IMG/VR virus record: IMGVR_UViG_3300035034_000989
Location: 1 to 64,000 of that record
Source: a virus
Length of the DNA stretch: 64,000 nt
Direction: 5' to 3' (one strand)
The notes below the pieces were generated by a model. That model worked only from the letters and a program-made list of their open reading frames with translations, had not been told where the DNA came from and did not search any database. How positions within the stretch are numbered: position 1 is the stretch's first letter; each line of letters begins with the position of its first letter. The position numbers and the translations under genes were made by a program. This document shows, piece after piece, positions 49,581 through 59,024 of this stretch.

Positions 49581-49969
49581 AAAAATATGTACTAGGCTTT
49601 TGCTTTAGTAAAGATCACTCTCATGTAGCAATCATGAAAAAGAACCGCCCAGACGCGCAGGCTGGATTGCATAACGGACTGGGCGGCAAAGTCGAAGAAG
49701 ACGAAAAGCCCAAGCACACAATGGCGCGTGAGTTCGAAGAGGAATCAGGTGTTCACATCATGGCCAACAATTGGCAACAGGTAGACATAAAAACTGATAA
49801 CGAAACATTTTATATTGATGTGTTCTACACTCGTAGCGATCTGGTATACCAATGTCGCACTATCGAAAACGAAGAAGTCATTGTTGCTGAACTTAGCAAG
49901 CTCAGTGAATACGAGTTCTACGATGGTGCAGATGAAATGATTATAAAATTCCACAAAAATTTCTATTGA
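49577..49969 (+). CDS. Nudix hydrolase (MutT-like)
   Basis: GGKVE..E......REFEEESG. Confidence 0.9.
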   Translation: MKKYVLGFCFSKDHSHVAIMKKNRPDAQAGLHNGLGGKVEEDEKPKHTMAREFEEESGVHIMANNWQQVDIKTDNETFYIDVFYTRSDLVYQCRTIENEEVIVAELSKLSEYEFYDGADEMIIKFHKNFY

Positions 49970-49994
49970 CATTCTGTGTCCAATCTGCTATAAT
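49966..49994 (+). promoter_or_regulatory. Sigma70-type promoter (perfect, extended -10)
   Basis: TTGACA-N17-TATAAT with TGn. Confidence 0.85.
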
Positions 49995-50050
49995 GCACAT
50001 CACACAAAAATAAAAAACTAATTACATCTAACCAGCTATAAGGATATAAC

Positions 50051-50329
50051 ATGGCAGAAGAAAGCGTATACAACCGTAAAGGTTTCACAGGCGAAGATAT
50101 CATTCGTCTCAAGCAATTGATAAGCGAAGGTTGCCAAGTCAATCAAGAAATTGATGATTTGAAAGAAGGCCTACGCGATACAATCAAAGCAATTGCCGAA
50201 GAAATTGAAGTAAAGCCGAGTCAGCTTGCCAAAGCGATTCGTATCGCCCACAAAGAGTCAATGCAAGACGAACGTGATGCACTTGACGAAATTGAAGACA
50301 TCCTAGACGCAGCCGGCAAAAAAGGCTAG
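50051..50329 (+). CDS. Small dsDNA-binding protein (T4 DsbA/GapR-like)
   Basis: Helical EIDDLKE.LRD.IK...E..VKP..L.KAIR pattern. Confidence 0.55.
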   Translation: MAEESVYNRKGFTGEDIIRLKQLISEGCQVNQEIDDLKEGLRDTIKAIAEEIEVKPSQLAKAIRIAHKESMQDERDALDEIEDILDAAGKKG

Positions 50330-50338
50330 CATCAGAAC

Positions 50339-50367
50339 TTAGTGGGTAGTTTCGTACTGCCCGCTAA
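50339..50367 (+). other. RNA hairpin in the polymerase leader
   Basis: TTAGTGGGTAGT-TTCGT-ACTGCCCGCTAA, 12 bp with two G-U pairs. Confidence 0.6.
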
Positions 50368-50446
50368 ATAAAGCACACCCGAGAGTACACTTAGACATTC
50401 CGTCGACAGATACCTACCCTCGAATTTTAACATATCAGGACGATAA

Positions 50447-53368
50447 ATGTACGTTGATGCTCTACACATAAGAAAAGACGAAATTGTTCGTATCGTCGAA
50501 AGAGTTAACGGAGAGCGCGTTATCAAGGAGTTCAAGCCAGACTGGCATTTCTTCATTGATGATCCACGCGGTACCCATCGAACAATTTATGGCAAACCCT
50601 GCAAGAAGATTGATCCTTCGAACATGACTGAGCGTGCAAAAATGCTCAATCAGTTTCATGGCAAGAAGTATGAGTCAGACATGAACGTTGTAATGCGATG
50701 CCTAGAACAAGAATACCCAGACTGCCCCAATCCAGACATGCATGTTGCGTTTTTCGATATCGAAGTCGACTTCGATCCAGTTAATGGTTATTCAGAACCT
50801 GCCGATGCACTTACACCTGTTACATCTATATCTATCTACTTACAGTGGTTAGGGCAGATGATATGTTTGGCTGTGCCTCCGAAAGGTGTTAAGCGTGCCG
50901 AAGCTGACAAGATTGCAGAGGAAGTAGGCGACACAATCATCTTTGATACCGAGAAAGAAATGCTCAAAGCATTCCTGGACGTAATTGAAGATGCAGATGT
51001 ATTAAGCGGATGGAATTCAGAAGCATACGATATTCCGTATACTGTGAATCGAATTATCAAGAAGCTTGGCAAAACAGAAACACGTAAAATGTGCCTGTGG
51101 AATGAATTGCCTAAGTTGCGCAAGTTTGAACGTGGCTCCAAAGAGCAACCAACATACGACTTGATAGGGCGAGTGCATTTGGATTACATGCAATTGTACA
51201 AAAAGTATAACTATGAAGAACGACACAGTTATGCACTGAACGCAATTGCAGAAGCTGAGCTAGGTGAAAAGAAAGTTGATTACAGCGGAACACTGGATCA
51301 CCTTTATAACCACGACTTTAAAAAGTTCTTGGAATACAACATACAGGATACAATGCTATTGCACAGACTAGATGTCAAGTTGCAGTACATAGACTTGTGT
51401 AGTTCTATTGCACATGCCAACGGCGTATTGATTCCGACAACAATGGGCACAGTTGCAATGATTGACCAAGCGGCAACCATTGAAGCTCATCAACGTGGCT
51501 TTGTTGTTCCTAACAAACAAAGGCATGACGGCGAAGTGAGAGCGGCAGGTGGCTGGGTAGCAACTCCAAAGAAGGGTGCTCAGAAATGGGTAGGCTCTGC
51601 GGATTTAAACTCCTTGTACCCGGCTGTTATACGTGCGCTGAACATGAGTCCAGAGACCATCATAGGTCAACTGGACTTGTCAGGAACAACTCGAGCAATA
51701 CACGAGTTTGAGTCAGCACGCAAAGCAAACACATTTGCAATGTGGTGGAACGATAGATTCAATCCACTTGAAATGGATTACTATCACGAAAACGATAACT
51801 CACAAAAGCTCAAGCTAAGATTTGAAAATGGTGACGAGTATCATATCACAGGCGCCGAACTGCGAAAGATCATATTCGAAGGTGGCAATCCTTGGTCCAT
51901 ATCGGCCAACGGCACTATCTTTAAAAATGATACGCAAGGAATCATACCCGGCTTGTTAGCACGCTGGTACAGCGAACGTAAGTTTCTTAAAAGTTTTGGT
52001 GCCGCATACAACATGGTAAAGCTAAACGAAAAAGATGCAGGCTTCAATGTGCCGGCTTCGTTGTTTACCAATGCTGACATAGACGACAGTGTTATCAAAG
52101 CTGATCCGTTTAACACTGCTGAAGCATTGCAGATCAAGGTATTCAAAAAGTTGATCGAAGAAGCGGATCGTGATAGCATTGTTGCATACATGAACAGGCA
52201 AAATCTCGAAGTTGATGAAAACGGCAAAGTACATTTGCGCGATCAGAAACTGGTGCATGCATTGTTAGCGTTCTGGGACAAGAGACAGTTGGTTAAAAAG
52301 ATTAACTTGAACTCGGCGTATGGCGCACTGTTAAACGCAGGCTCAAGATTCTTTGACCAACGCATAGGACAGAGCACAACACTAACAGGGCGTAACATCA
52401 CAAAACACATGGCAGCCAAGACCAATGAAATGCTCACAGGCGTTTACGATCATTACGGCGAGTGTGCATTGTATGGTGATACTGACAGCACGTACTACAG
52501 CGCATATCCTGCACTCAAGGATGATATCGACAGTGGAAAGATTCCGTGGAACAAAGACATTGCAATTGAAGTGTATGACACAATCTCTGAACAGGTTAGT
52601 GATACATTCCCGCAATTCTTGTTAGACACCTTTAATATACCGTTTGAGAAATCAGTTGGTGTTATTGTGTCGTCACGTGAGATAGTCGCAGAATCGGCCT
52701 TATTTATTAAGAAAAAACGCTATGCGGCACTGGTTTATGATGATGAAGGTCAGCGTAAAGACATTGGCGGTAGCATCGGCAAAGTGAAAGCAATGGGCCT
52801 TGACTTAAGACGTTCTGATACTCCACAGTTTGTACAGAAGTTCTTGTTAACAGTGTTAACAGACACACTGCTTTACAAAGGCGAAGAGCATGTTATATCT
52901 TACATCAAAGATTTTAAAGACAAGTTCGATGCCATGAAGCCGTGGGAAAAAGGTACACCCAAAGCAGTCAACGGTCTCACCAAGTACAAGGATCGTAGAG
53001 ATGCGGCATTGCTTGCCAAGATGCAAGGGCAGAAAGTACAACTAACAATACCAGGTCATGTACAAGCAAGCATGAACTGGAACCTGCTTAGAAGAATAAA
53101 CAATGATCATCACACAGGACCAATAGGTGACGGACAGAAGATCATCGTTTGTAGATTAAGAGAAACAGCCGATAACGTCATGAAGTCAGTTGCTTACCCG
53201 ATTGATGAATCACACTTGCCGGATTGGTTCTTGGAACTTCCGTTCGATGAAGAAGCAATGCGCGAAGCTATTGTGGATCAGAAGATCAGAAACTTATTAA
53301 GTGTGATGCCATGGGACTTAACAAAAGCTTCCAAACAGGCAGTACACTTCGATTCACTATTTGGATAA
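50447..53368 (+). CDS. Family B DNA polymerase (gp43-like)
   Basis: Exo DIE, WNSEAYD, YNIQD; DLNSLYP, KKINLNSAYG, YGDTDS, KKRYA; C-terminal FDSLFG. Confidence 0.97.
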   Translation: MYVDALHIRKDEIVRIVERVNGERVIKEFKPDWHFFIDDPRGTHRTIYGKPCKKIDPSNMTERAKMLNQFHGKKYESDMNVVMRCLEQEYPDCPNPDMHVAFFDIEVDFDPVNGYSEPADALTPVTSISIYLQWLGQMICLAVPPKGVKRAEADKIAEEVGDTIIFDTEKEMLKAFLDVIEDADVLSGWNSEAYDIPYTVNRIIKKLGKTETRKMCLWNELPKLRKFERGSKEQPTYDLIGRVHLDYMQLYKKYNYEERHSYALNAIAEAELGEKKVDYSGTLDHLYNHDFKKFLEYNIQDTMLLHRLDVKLQYIDLCSSIAHANGVLIPTTMGTVAMIDQAATIEAHQRGFVVPNKQRHDGEVRAAGGWVATPKKGAQKWVGSADLNSLYPAVIRALNMSPETIIGQLDLSGTTRAIHEFESARKANTFAMWWNDRFNPLEMDYYHENDNSQKLKLRFENGDEYHITGAELRKIIFEGGNPWSISANGTIFKNDTQGIIPGLLARWYSERKFLKSFGAAYNMVKLNEKDAGFNVPASLFTNADIDDSVIKADPFNTAEALQIKVFKKLIEEADRDSIVAYMNRQNLEVDENGKVHLRDQKLVHALLAFWDKRQLVKKINLNSAYGALLNAGSRFFDQRIGQSTTLTGRNITKHMAAKTNEMLTGVYDHYGECALYGDTDSTYYSAYPALKDDIDSGKIPWNKDIAIEVYDTISEQVSDTFPQFLLDTFNIPFEKSVGVIVSSREIVAESALFIKKKRYAALVYDDEGQRKDIGGSIGKVKAMGLDLRRSDTPQFVQKFLLTVLTDTLLYKGEEHVISYIKDFKDKFDAMKPWEKGTPKAVNGLTKYKDRRDAALLAKMQGQKVQLTIPGHVQASMNWNLLRRINNDHHTGPIGDGQKIIVCRLRETADNVMKSVAYPIDESHLPDWFLELPFDEEAMREAIVDQKIRNLLSVMPWDLTKASKQAVHFDSLFG

Positions 53369-53395
53369 TGAATCATCGGTTGTTAAATTTAGCAC

Positions 53396-53424
53396 TTGAC
53401 AACCGAACACAAACTTGCTATAAT
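53396..53424 (+). promoter_or_regulatory. Sigma70-type promoter (perfect) for the clamp operon
   Basis: TTGACA-N17-TATAAT; the -35 lies in one arm of an inverted repeat. Confidence 0.85.
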
Positions 53425-53452
53425 ACGCGAAATCGTAAAAAGGAATTAACGA

Positions 53453-54199
53453 ATGGTTTTTAACATCCTATCAGACATAGTAAAACACACACATGGCTTG
53501 GGCTTTATCGAAGCAGTAAAAGTCACTGGCTCACCAGACTCAATTAAAATTGAAGCAATGGAAGAGAACCGTACAGTTGTTGTACAGGGCACCATCAATA
53601 CATCAATTGATAACTTGCAGGGAACTGTTGGCTTATCAAGAATGGGCGTGCTTGCGGGCTACTTGAACTTCGATCGATTTAATTCGAAAGACGCATCGGT
53701 AGTAATTGAAACACGCGATCGCAACGGCACTGAAACTCCATGTGAAGTAACATTTGACTCGGGCTCAGGCCACAGCGGTCAGTATCGCTTTATGGCGGCA
53801 GAAGTTGCAGAAGAGCAAATCCAGGTACCACCTTTCAAGGGCGCTGAGTGGATGGTCACTGTTGATCCAAGCACAACTGCAATCAAAGATTTATCTACCA
53901 TGGACAGCATCCTGGGTAGTTATGAAGATTCGTTTGTTGCACGCACAGTTAACGGCAACTTGGAGTTCCACATTGGCGCAGGCTCAACAGACCGTTCTAA
54001 GATTACATTTGCAAAGAATGTAAAAGGCACATTAAAGCATGCATGGCGTTTTCCAATTGGGCACTTTCTTGCAATCATGAAGTTGCACAGAACGTCTGAG
54101 ACAACACACATCAGCTTCAGTGATATGGGCGCACTTAAAATTGAAGTGAACTCAGGCCTCGGTACGTACACTTACATCATCCCTGCGAGAGCTAGCTAG
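53453..54199 (+). CDS. Sliding clamp (gp45/PCNA-like)
   Basis: 248 aa alternating beta/alpha pattern, C-terminal Y.Y.IPA; directly after PolB, with a clamp loader in the window. Confidence 0.7.
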   Translation: MVFNILSDIVKHTHGLGFIEAVKVTGSPDSIKIEAMEENRTVVVQGTINTSIDNLQGTVGLSRMGVLAGYLNFDRFNSKDASVVIETRDRNGTETPCEVTFDSGSGHSGQYRFMAAEVAEEQIQVPPFKGAEWMVTVDPSTTAIKDLSTMDSILGSYEDSFVARTVNGNLEFHIGAGSTDRSKITFAKNVKGTLKHAWRFPIGHFLAIMKLHRTSETTHISFSDMGALKIEVNSGLGTYTYIIPARAS

Positions 54200-54229
54200 G
54201 CACCTGCCTAGCTTTACCAAGAGGTAATA

Positions 54230-55798
54230 ATGACAGAAAAATTCGATCCATTTAATTTAACTGATTCGCAAGAAGACCATTGGGCTGTGCATTTGCCAGC
54301 ATTTAGTGGCTTCTACATTCAGCAAATGGCAAAACTAGACGACAACCCGGATCACTACGGTCCGGATCGGTTCGGACCCACATTCGACAAAGGCCACCGT
54401 GGCCTAGATTTTTATAACGGCGGTGGATACTTTACTTATAAGTGGGGCTTGTATTCAGCAGGACACGCCAAGTTAGATATTGAAAAGTCTAAAGAAAGCG
54501 AACGCTTTGTGCAAAGTCGCAAGCGAGATGGTTCTACATTCCTTCTTGGTGACAGTGGCGGATTCCAGATTGCCAAGGGCGCTGGCCACTTCAAGAACGT
54601 TGATTGGAGTGATTTTGAAGGCGCTGGTGGCGACAAAATACGCGAAAAGGTATTGCGTTGGCTTGAAGAAACTTCTGACTTCTCTATGACACTGGACATT
54701 CCAGCGTTTGCGGCAGAGCCACCATTGAGTCTCAAAACTGGCTTGACATCATTTGGCGACACACTTGATTTAAGCTTGCTTAACTTGTACTACTTTGTTA
54801 AGAATCGTGTGCCAGGCAAAACAAAGTTCTTGAATGTGTTGTCGGGTACCAACTTTGAAAACTCTAGTCGTTGGTACGAAGGTGTTAAAGCATTTAGTGA
54901 CCCGATCGAAGTTGAGAAGATGGACTTTGAACGTGAGCGCACATTAGAAGGCTACGCCTTTGCTGGTATTAACATGAAGCACATGCCCAGTGTACTTGCA
55001 CGCATGGCAGACTTGTTACGAGACGACCTGATCAAAGACAAAGAGTGGATACACTTCTTGGGCATTGGTCGACTAGACTGGGCTTGTTACTTGACATCAA
55101 TACAACGTCAACTTAGGAACTACGAACCTAAGATAACAGTAAGCTTCGATTGCGCCAGCGCATTCCTGGCAGTGGCAAAAGGGCAGATGTATTCGAACCC
55201 TAGTTATACGCCTAAGCGATTTGGCTACAACATGAACAGTGCAATTGATGATCGCAATCTTAAAGAAAGCACATTGCAGATGCCGTTCCCAGGACCTATT
55301 GCAAGTCGCATGAACTTGGGTCATATGTGTCGCTTAGGCCCAGGTGAGCACAACAAGCAAGGCAAGCTTAACAACACAAGCTGGGACACTGCATCGTATT
55401 TGTTAGGTATGGCCAGCAACGTTTACATACACGTTAACGCTGTACAAGAAGCAAATCGCATGGCTGACATGGAGTACACCAAGTTTAACTTGAGTTACAA
55501 AGATTGGTCAAAGCAGAAGCGTGGTTCGCAAGTTAACGAAGTTAGTGACTTTGTTCCTGCAAACATATTGTTCTTTAACTCGTTTGTTGAGTCTTTCTTT
55601 GACAACAGCATGTCGCATGAAGACCGCATGAGCATGATTGAAGACAATCGACAGTTTCTTGAAGCCATCAGCTTTGGTGGACAGAAAGGCAACGTGTTTG
55701 GCAATCTGTTTGATATGTCAGACATAACAACAACAGAAACCGAAGCAGTTGATGCAATTGCTTCATACGCCGATGTTGATGACCTAGACGAGGATTAA
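54230..55798 (+). CDS. TGT-fold guanine transglycosylase (DpdA-like)
   Basis: GDSGGFQ, MTLDIP, IHFLG and SFD motifs of the TGT family; folE/queD/queE in the same window. Confidence 0.75.
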   Translation: MTEKFDPFNLTDSQEDHWAVHLPAFSGFYIQQMAKLDDNPDHYGPDRFGPTFDKGHRGLDFYNGGGYFTYKWGLYSAGHAKLDIEKSKESERFVQSRKRDGSTFLLGDSGGFQIAKGAGHFKNVDWSDFEGAGGDKIREKVLRWLEETSDFSMTLDIPAFAAEPPLSLKTGLTSFGDTLDLSLLNLYYFVKNRVPGKTKFLNVLSGTNFENSSRWYEGVKAFSDPIEVEKMDFERERTLEGYAFAGINMKHMPSVLARMADLLRDDLIKDKEWIHFLGIGRLDWACYLTSIQRQLRNYEPKITVSFDCASAFLAVAKGQMYSNPSYTPKRFGYNMNSAIDDRNLKESTLQMPFPGPIASRMNLGHMCRLGPGEHNKQGKLNNTSWDTASYLLGMASNVYIHVNAVQEANRMADMEYTKFNLSYKDWSKQKRGSQVNEVSDFVPANILFFNSFVESFFDNSMSHEDRMSMIEDNRQFLEAISFGGQKGNVFGNLFDMSDITTTETEAVDAIASYADVDDLDED

Positions 55799-55799
55799 C

Positions 55800-55964
55800 A
55801 TGACCGAGCAAGAGGTAATAGACCTGATAACACAAAACCTATCTATAAATATAGATCAGGTAACCGAGTTCGGGCCAGTTGAAACAGTTGTAGTAAAGCT
55901 CGAACTATTTGGCAAAGTTATCTCCGAGCATAATTGTTATTTACCATCACCACACAAGGAATAA
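55800..55964 (+). CDS. Small hypothetical protein (54 aa)
   Basis: SD GAGGA; ORF fills the gap exactly. Confidence 0.5.
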   Translation: MTEQEVIDLITQNLSINIDQVTEFGPVETVVVKLELFGKVISEHNCYLPSPHKE

Positions 55965-55966
55965 AA

Positions 55967-57160
55967 ATGAGAAAACTTTACTACTGCGGCCTTGAACAGC
56001 TAGAATCCCGATACACTTTACAACTACAAAATTGGAACGAACGTGTGTTTGATAAACGCGAAATTAGCTATGTCTCTGTTCTTGGTAAAAACTTAGACGA
56101 CAAGAAGCAAATCGTCACCGGCAGTGTGCTTGATGCACACGGCCGGACATACTACAGCATGACGCAAATGGCTGAGCTAGTCAAACTCATGCAACAGGGC
56201 GAAATAACAAACCAGGATGTTATTTTCTTTGAAGATATGTTTACACCTGGTATTGAGTCACTTGCGTATATCATGGACCAAGTTGAAGACTGTTACAAAC
56301 CTAAAGTGTTTGTTCGTTGCTTGGCACAAACATTTGATCCAGATGACTTTGTTATACGCGAAGGCATGTTTAAATGGATGCGCAAGTTTGAAGAAATGAC
56401 TGCGGCGTTTGTGGATGGTATTATTGTTGCTAACGAAGAATTCGTTGCACATTTGCGCATAGCTGGCATTGAATGTCCGATTTACGTAAGCGGGTTACCG
56501 TTCGGCAAGGAAGAAGTTGCAAGTCGCATGCCAACCAATCGCCCGTTAAAAGAACGAACCAAACGTGTCACGTTTGCGGCACGCTGGGACGATGAGAAGC
56601 AACCACACTTCTTCATGGACTTAATTGAAGAGGTTTACAAGACGCATCCTGAAATTGAGTTTTGTGTATGTACAGGTGGACCACGGCTCAAGGGCAACAA
56701 CGAAGCGGCCATAGTTCGTGCCCGTGAGATGGAGTACAGTAAAAAAGCAAACTTTAAGATTTACCAGAATCTCAAGAAGGATGATTACTATCGCATACTG
56801 GCTGACACCACTGTATTATTTAATTGTGCATTGCAAGACTGGACATCCAATACAGTAAGCGAAGCTGATACACTCGGTGCATTGACATTGTATCCGGCAT
56901 ATCGTAGCTTTCCTGAAGTGTTTGCAAACAACCACAAGCATTTGTATGCACCGTGGAGCATCGATGATGCAATCGAAAAGCTGTGTGCCATGTTTTGTGA
57001 TGTCGAATCTGACAATTTAGATAGTTACAGCATCGGCAAGATAAGCGATTGGCAAAACGGAACGATCGATCGCACACTAGATATCATGCTAGGAAATGGT
57101 GAACACTGGCGTCGAAACGGCAATGACTATCGCAAACATGTAGCAACACATAAGTTTTAA
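55967..57160 (+). CDS. GT-B (GT4-like) glycosyltransferase
   Basis: FAARWDDEKQP, Y..IL, QD.TS.T..EA, P....FPE motifs. Confidence 0.85.
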   Translation: MRKLYYCGLEQLESRYTLQLQNWNERVFDKREISYVSVLGKNLDDKKQIVTGSVLDAHGRTYYSMTQMAELVKLMQQGEITNQDVIFFEDMFTPGIESLAYIMDQVEDCYKPKVFVRCLAQTFDPDDFVIREGMFKWMRKFEEMTAAFVDGIIVANEEFVAHLRIAGIECPIYVSGLPFGKEEVASRMPTNRPLKERTKRVTFAARWDDEKQPHFFMDLIEEVYKTHPEIEFCVCTGGPRLKGNNEAAIVRAREMEYSKKANFKIYQNLKKDDYYRILADTTVLFNCALQDWTSNTVSEADTLGALTLYPAYRSFPEVFANNHKHLYAPWSIDDAIEKLCAMFCDVESDNLDSYSIGKISDWQNGTIDRTLDIMLGNGEHWRRNGNDYRKHVATHKF

Positions 57161-57189
57161 TTGACCTTAGGCGTCTGTTGCGTTACAGT
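57161..57189 (+). promoter_or_regulatory. Possible sigma70-type promoter
   Basis: TTGACC-N17-TACAGT. Confidence 0.4.
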
Positions 57190-57223
57190 ATTAATATAAA
57201 CACATCAAATCAAAGGAAGAATA

Positions 57224-57784
57224 ATGGATAGAGACGGACATAACGATGCAGTGTTCTTTGTCGGCCCAGAAATAGAGCATACCAAAGCATTTAGTATGAA
57301 AACTCTGTTTGTGGTAGGCTACAGAAACAAAGAACAAATACTCGACTTTGCATCTGACAACGGGTGCAAGCATGTTTACCTCGGAGCGAATAAGTCGTTC
57401 CAGAAAAACAAAAAGCTCATTGGTGTTGCAGAATTTTTAATAAGCAATCGCATAATGGTAACACTTGATTACCCACTTGACGCACACAAATGGATAATCG
57501 AAAACTGGCCAGCAAGTGTATTAAACAACAAAGACTTTATTGCAATGATCAGCGTTGAGCTTCCTAAAATTGAAACGTTCAGCAAAAATGCTTGTGTTAA
57601 AATTGATGACACAGGGCTCAGTCAGAACAATACAGGTGTGTGGACACTGCCAATACAAGAACTGTTGGACAGTAATCGCTTTACACCATGGTCCGATTAT
57701 GTACATGACGAAGTGGTGTGGACAGAAGAAGACAATAAAAAGTTCTGGAACGACAAGCGCAATAACGACTATCGGAAAAAGTAA
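57224..57784 (+). CDS. Conserved hypothetical enzyme-like protein in the modification locus
   Basis: G.EIEHT...TLFV, HVY.GAN.SF, KIDD, N.GVW, FT.W..Y..D. Confidence 0.6.
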   Translation: MDRDGHNDAVFFVGPEIEHTKAFSMKTLFVVGYRNKEQILDFASDNGCKHVYLGANKSFQKNKKLIGVAEFLISNRIMVTLDYPLDAHKWIIENWPASVLNNKDFIAMISVELPKIETFSKNACVKIDDTGLSQNNTGVWTLPIQELLDSNRFTPWSDYVHDEVVWTEEDNKKFWNDKRNNDYRKK

Positions 57785-58309
57785 ATGATCATAACCAGGC
57801 ACTCAAAAGCATTAACTGACATTACCGCCACGCTTCGCAACATAAACAACATGCTAACTTTAGCATCCTGGAGCAAGCATTTCGCGTGGAAAAAGAAGCT
57901 AATACAAGTGCCTGGAGTCGATAGTCAGTTTACTGAGAATTTTGTGTGGCTTGACTTTTACTACGAAAGAACCAGAATCGGGATTAAAGATGTAACGGCG
58001 TCGGGCTTGAGATTTACCATGGGCGACGTTGTTAGAGTCAAGAACATGGACACTGTGTCGTATTATTCAATGCAAGGTATGCCAGAGAATGTTGACAATC
58101 GCAAAGATAAGAGACTTGACCGTTGCATCGACCTAATGCTCAGAACCACCGATCCTGTCCTGGCCTGTAATCAATACAATGACGCATTAAGAACTCACTA
58201 TCGACTATATCGCAACCTATATGAGCGAATCGAAGGCATCGACGAGTTAACAAAGGGTATATTGACTGCCGATGAATACGATGCAAAAGTAAAGACAGGT
58301 GATTACTAA
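57785..58309 (+). CDS. Hypothetical protein, W..(K/H)F.W family
   Basis: WSKHFAW motif. Confidence 0.55.
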   Translation: MIITRHSKALTDITATLRNINNMLTLASWSKHFAWKKKLIQVPGVDSQFTENFVWLDFYYERTRIGIKDVTASGLRFTMGDVVRVKNMDTVSYYSMQGMPENVDNRKDKRLDRCIDLMLRTTDPVLACNQYNDALRTHYRLYRNLYERIEGIDELTKGILTADEYDAKVKTGDY

Positions 58310-58674
58310 TGATGTGGACATCAAAAAGCACCGAACGTAAACGGTACGATGATATCCAGTTCAGAGGAAATTGGCACAGGAAATTCTTGTGGTTTCCCAC
58401 TGTAATAAAAGAAGACGAAGGCATACAAACCGTGCTTTGGCTCACAACCGTGATGCGTAAAACGAGAGTTGACGAGCGTGAAGCGGACAACAGTTTTAAA
58501 GCTGGTGTAGAAACCTACACAACCAAAGAACAGTTATCGTTAGACATACTAGCAGGAAAGGATGAACAACTCATTCATTTTGGTACCTACGGTGCAGAAG
58601 CGAATTATCGCAGACTACTCGACAACTTAGGCATCGATATACCCGATAAAAAGAACTGGAGGGTATCGCTATGA
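58309..58674 (+). CDS. Hypothetical protein, WHRKF family
   Basis: NWHRKFLWFPT...WL..VMRK. Confidence 0.6.
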   Translation: MMWTSKSTERKRYDDIQFRGNWHRKFLWFPTVIKEDEGIQTVLWLTTVMRKTRVDEREADNSFKAGVETYTTKEQLSLDILAGKDEQLIHFGTYGAEANYRRLLDNLGIDIPDKKNWRVSL

Positions 58675-59024
58675 AATGGCAATCCAACAGCAAAGATCGC
58701 AGACATTACCTCAAAATACAGCACTATGCCAATTGGCATCGCAAGTTCGTTTGGCTACCCACTCAAATAAGCGGCGACTACGGCATTTGCAAATGGATAT
58801 GGCTCGTGCATGTTATGCGTAAATATCGACTATCATCAAGTAGATTCCACCTGTTTACTTTTGTTAGGCCAATTTACAGACTGCCACATGACCACACTGT
58901 CGCTGTGCTTGAAGACAGCAAAGGAGTCATCGACCGAATAATGTTTGAAGATTATACATCAAGATCAAGATACAAAGAGTTAATAGATAACTTAAATATA
59001 AAAGACAAGGTATTCCAAACATGA
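58671..59024 (+). CDS. Hypothetical protein, WHRKF family
   Basis: NWHRKFVWLPT...WL..VMRK. Confidence 0.6.
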   Translation: MKWQSNSKDRRHYLKIQHYANWHRKFVWLPTQISGDYGICKWIWLVHVMRKYRLSSSRFHLFTFVRPIYRLPHDHTVAVLEDSKGVIDRIMFEDYTSRSRYKELIDNLNIKDKVFQT

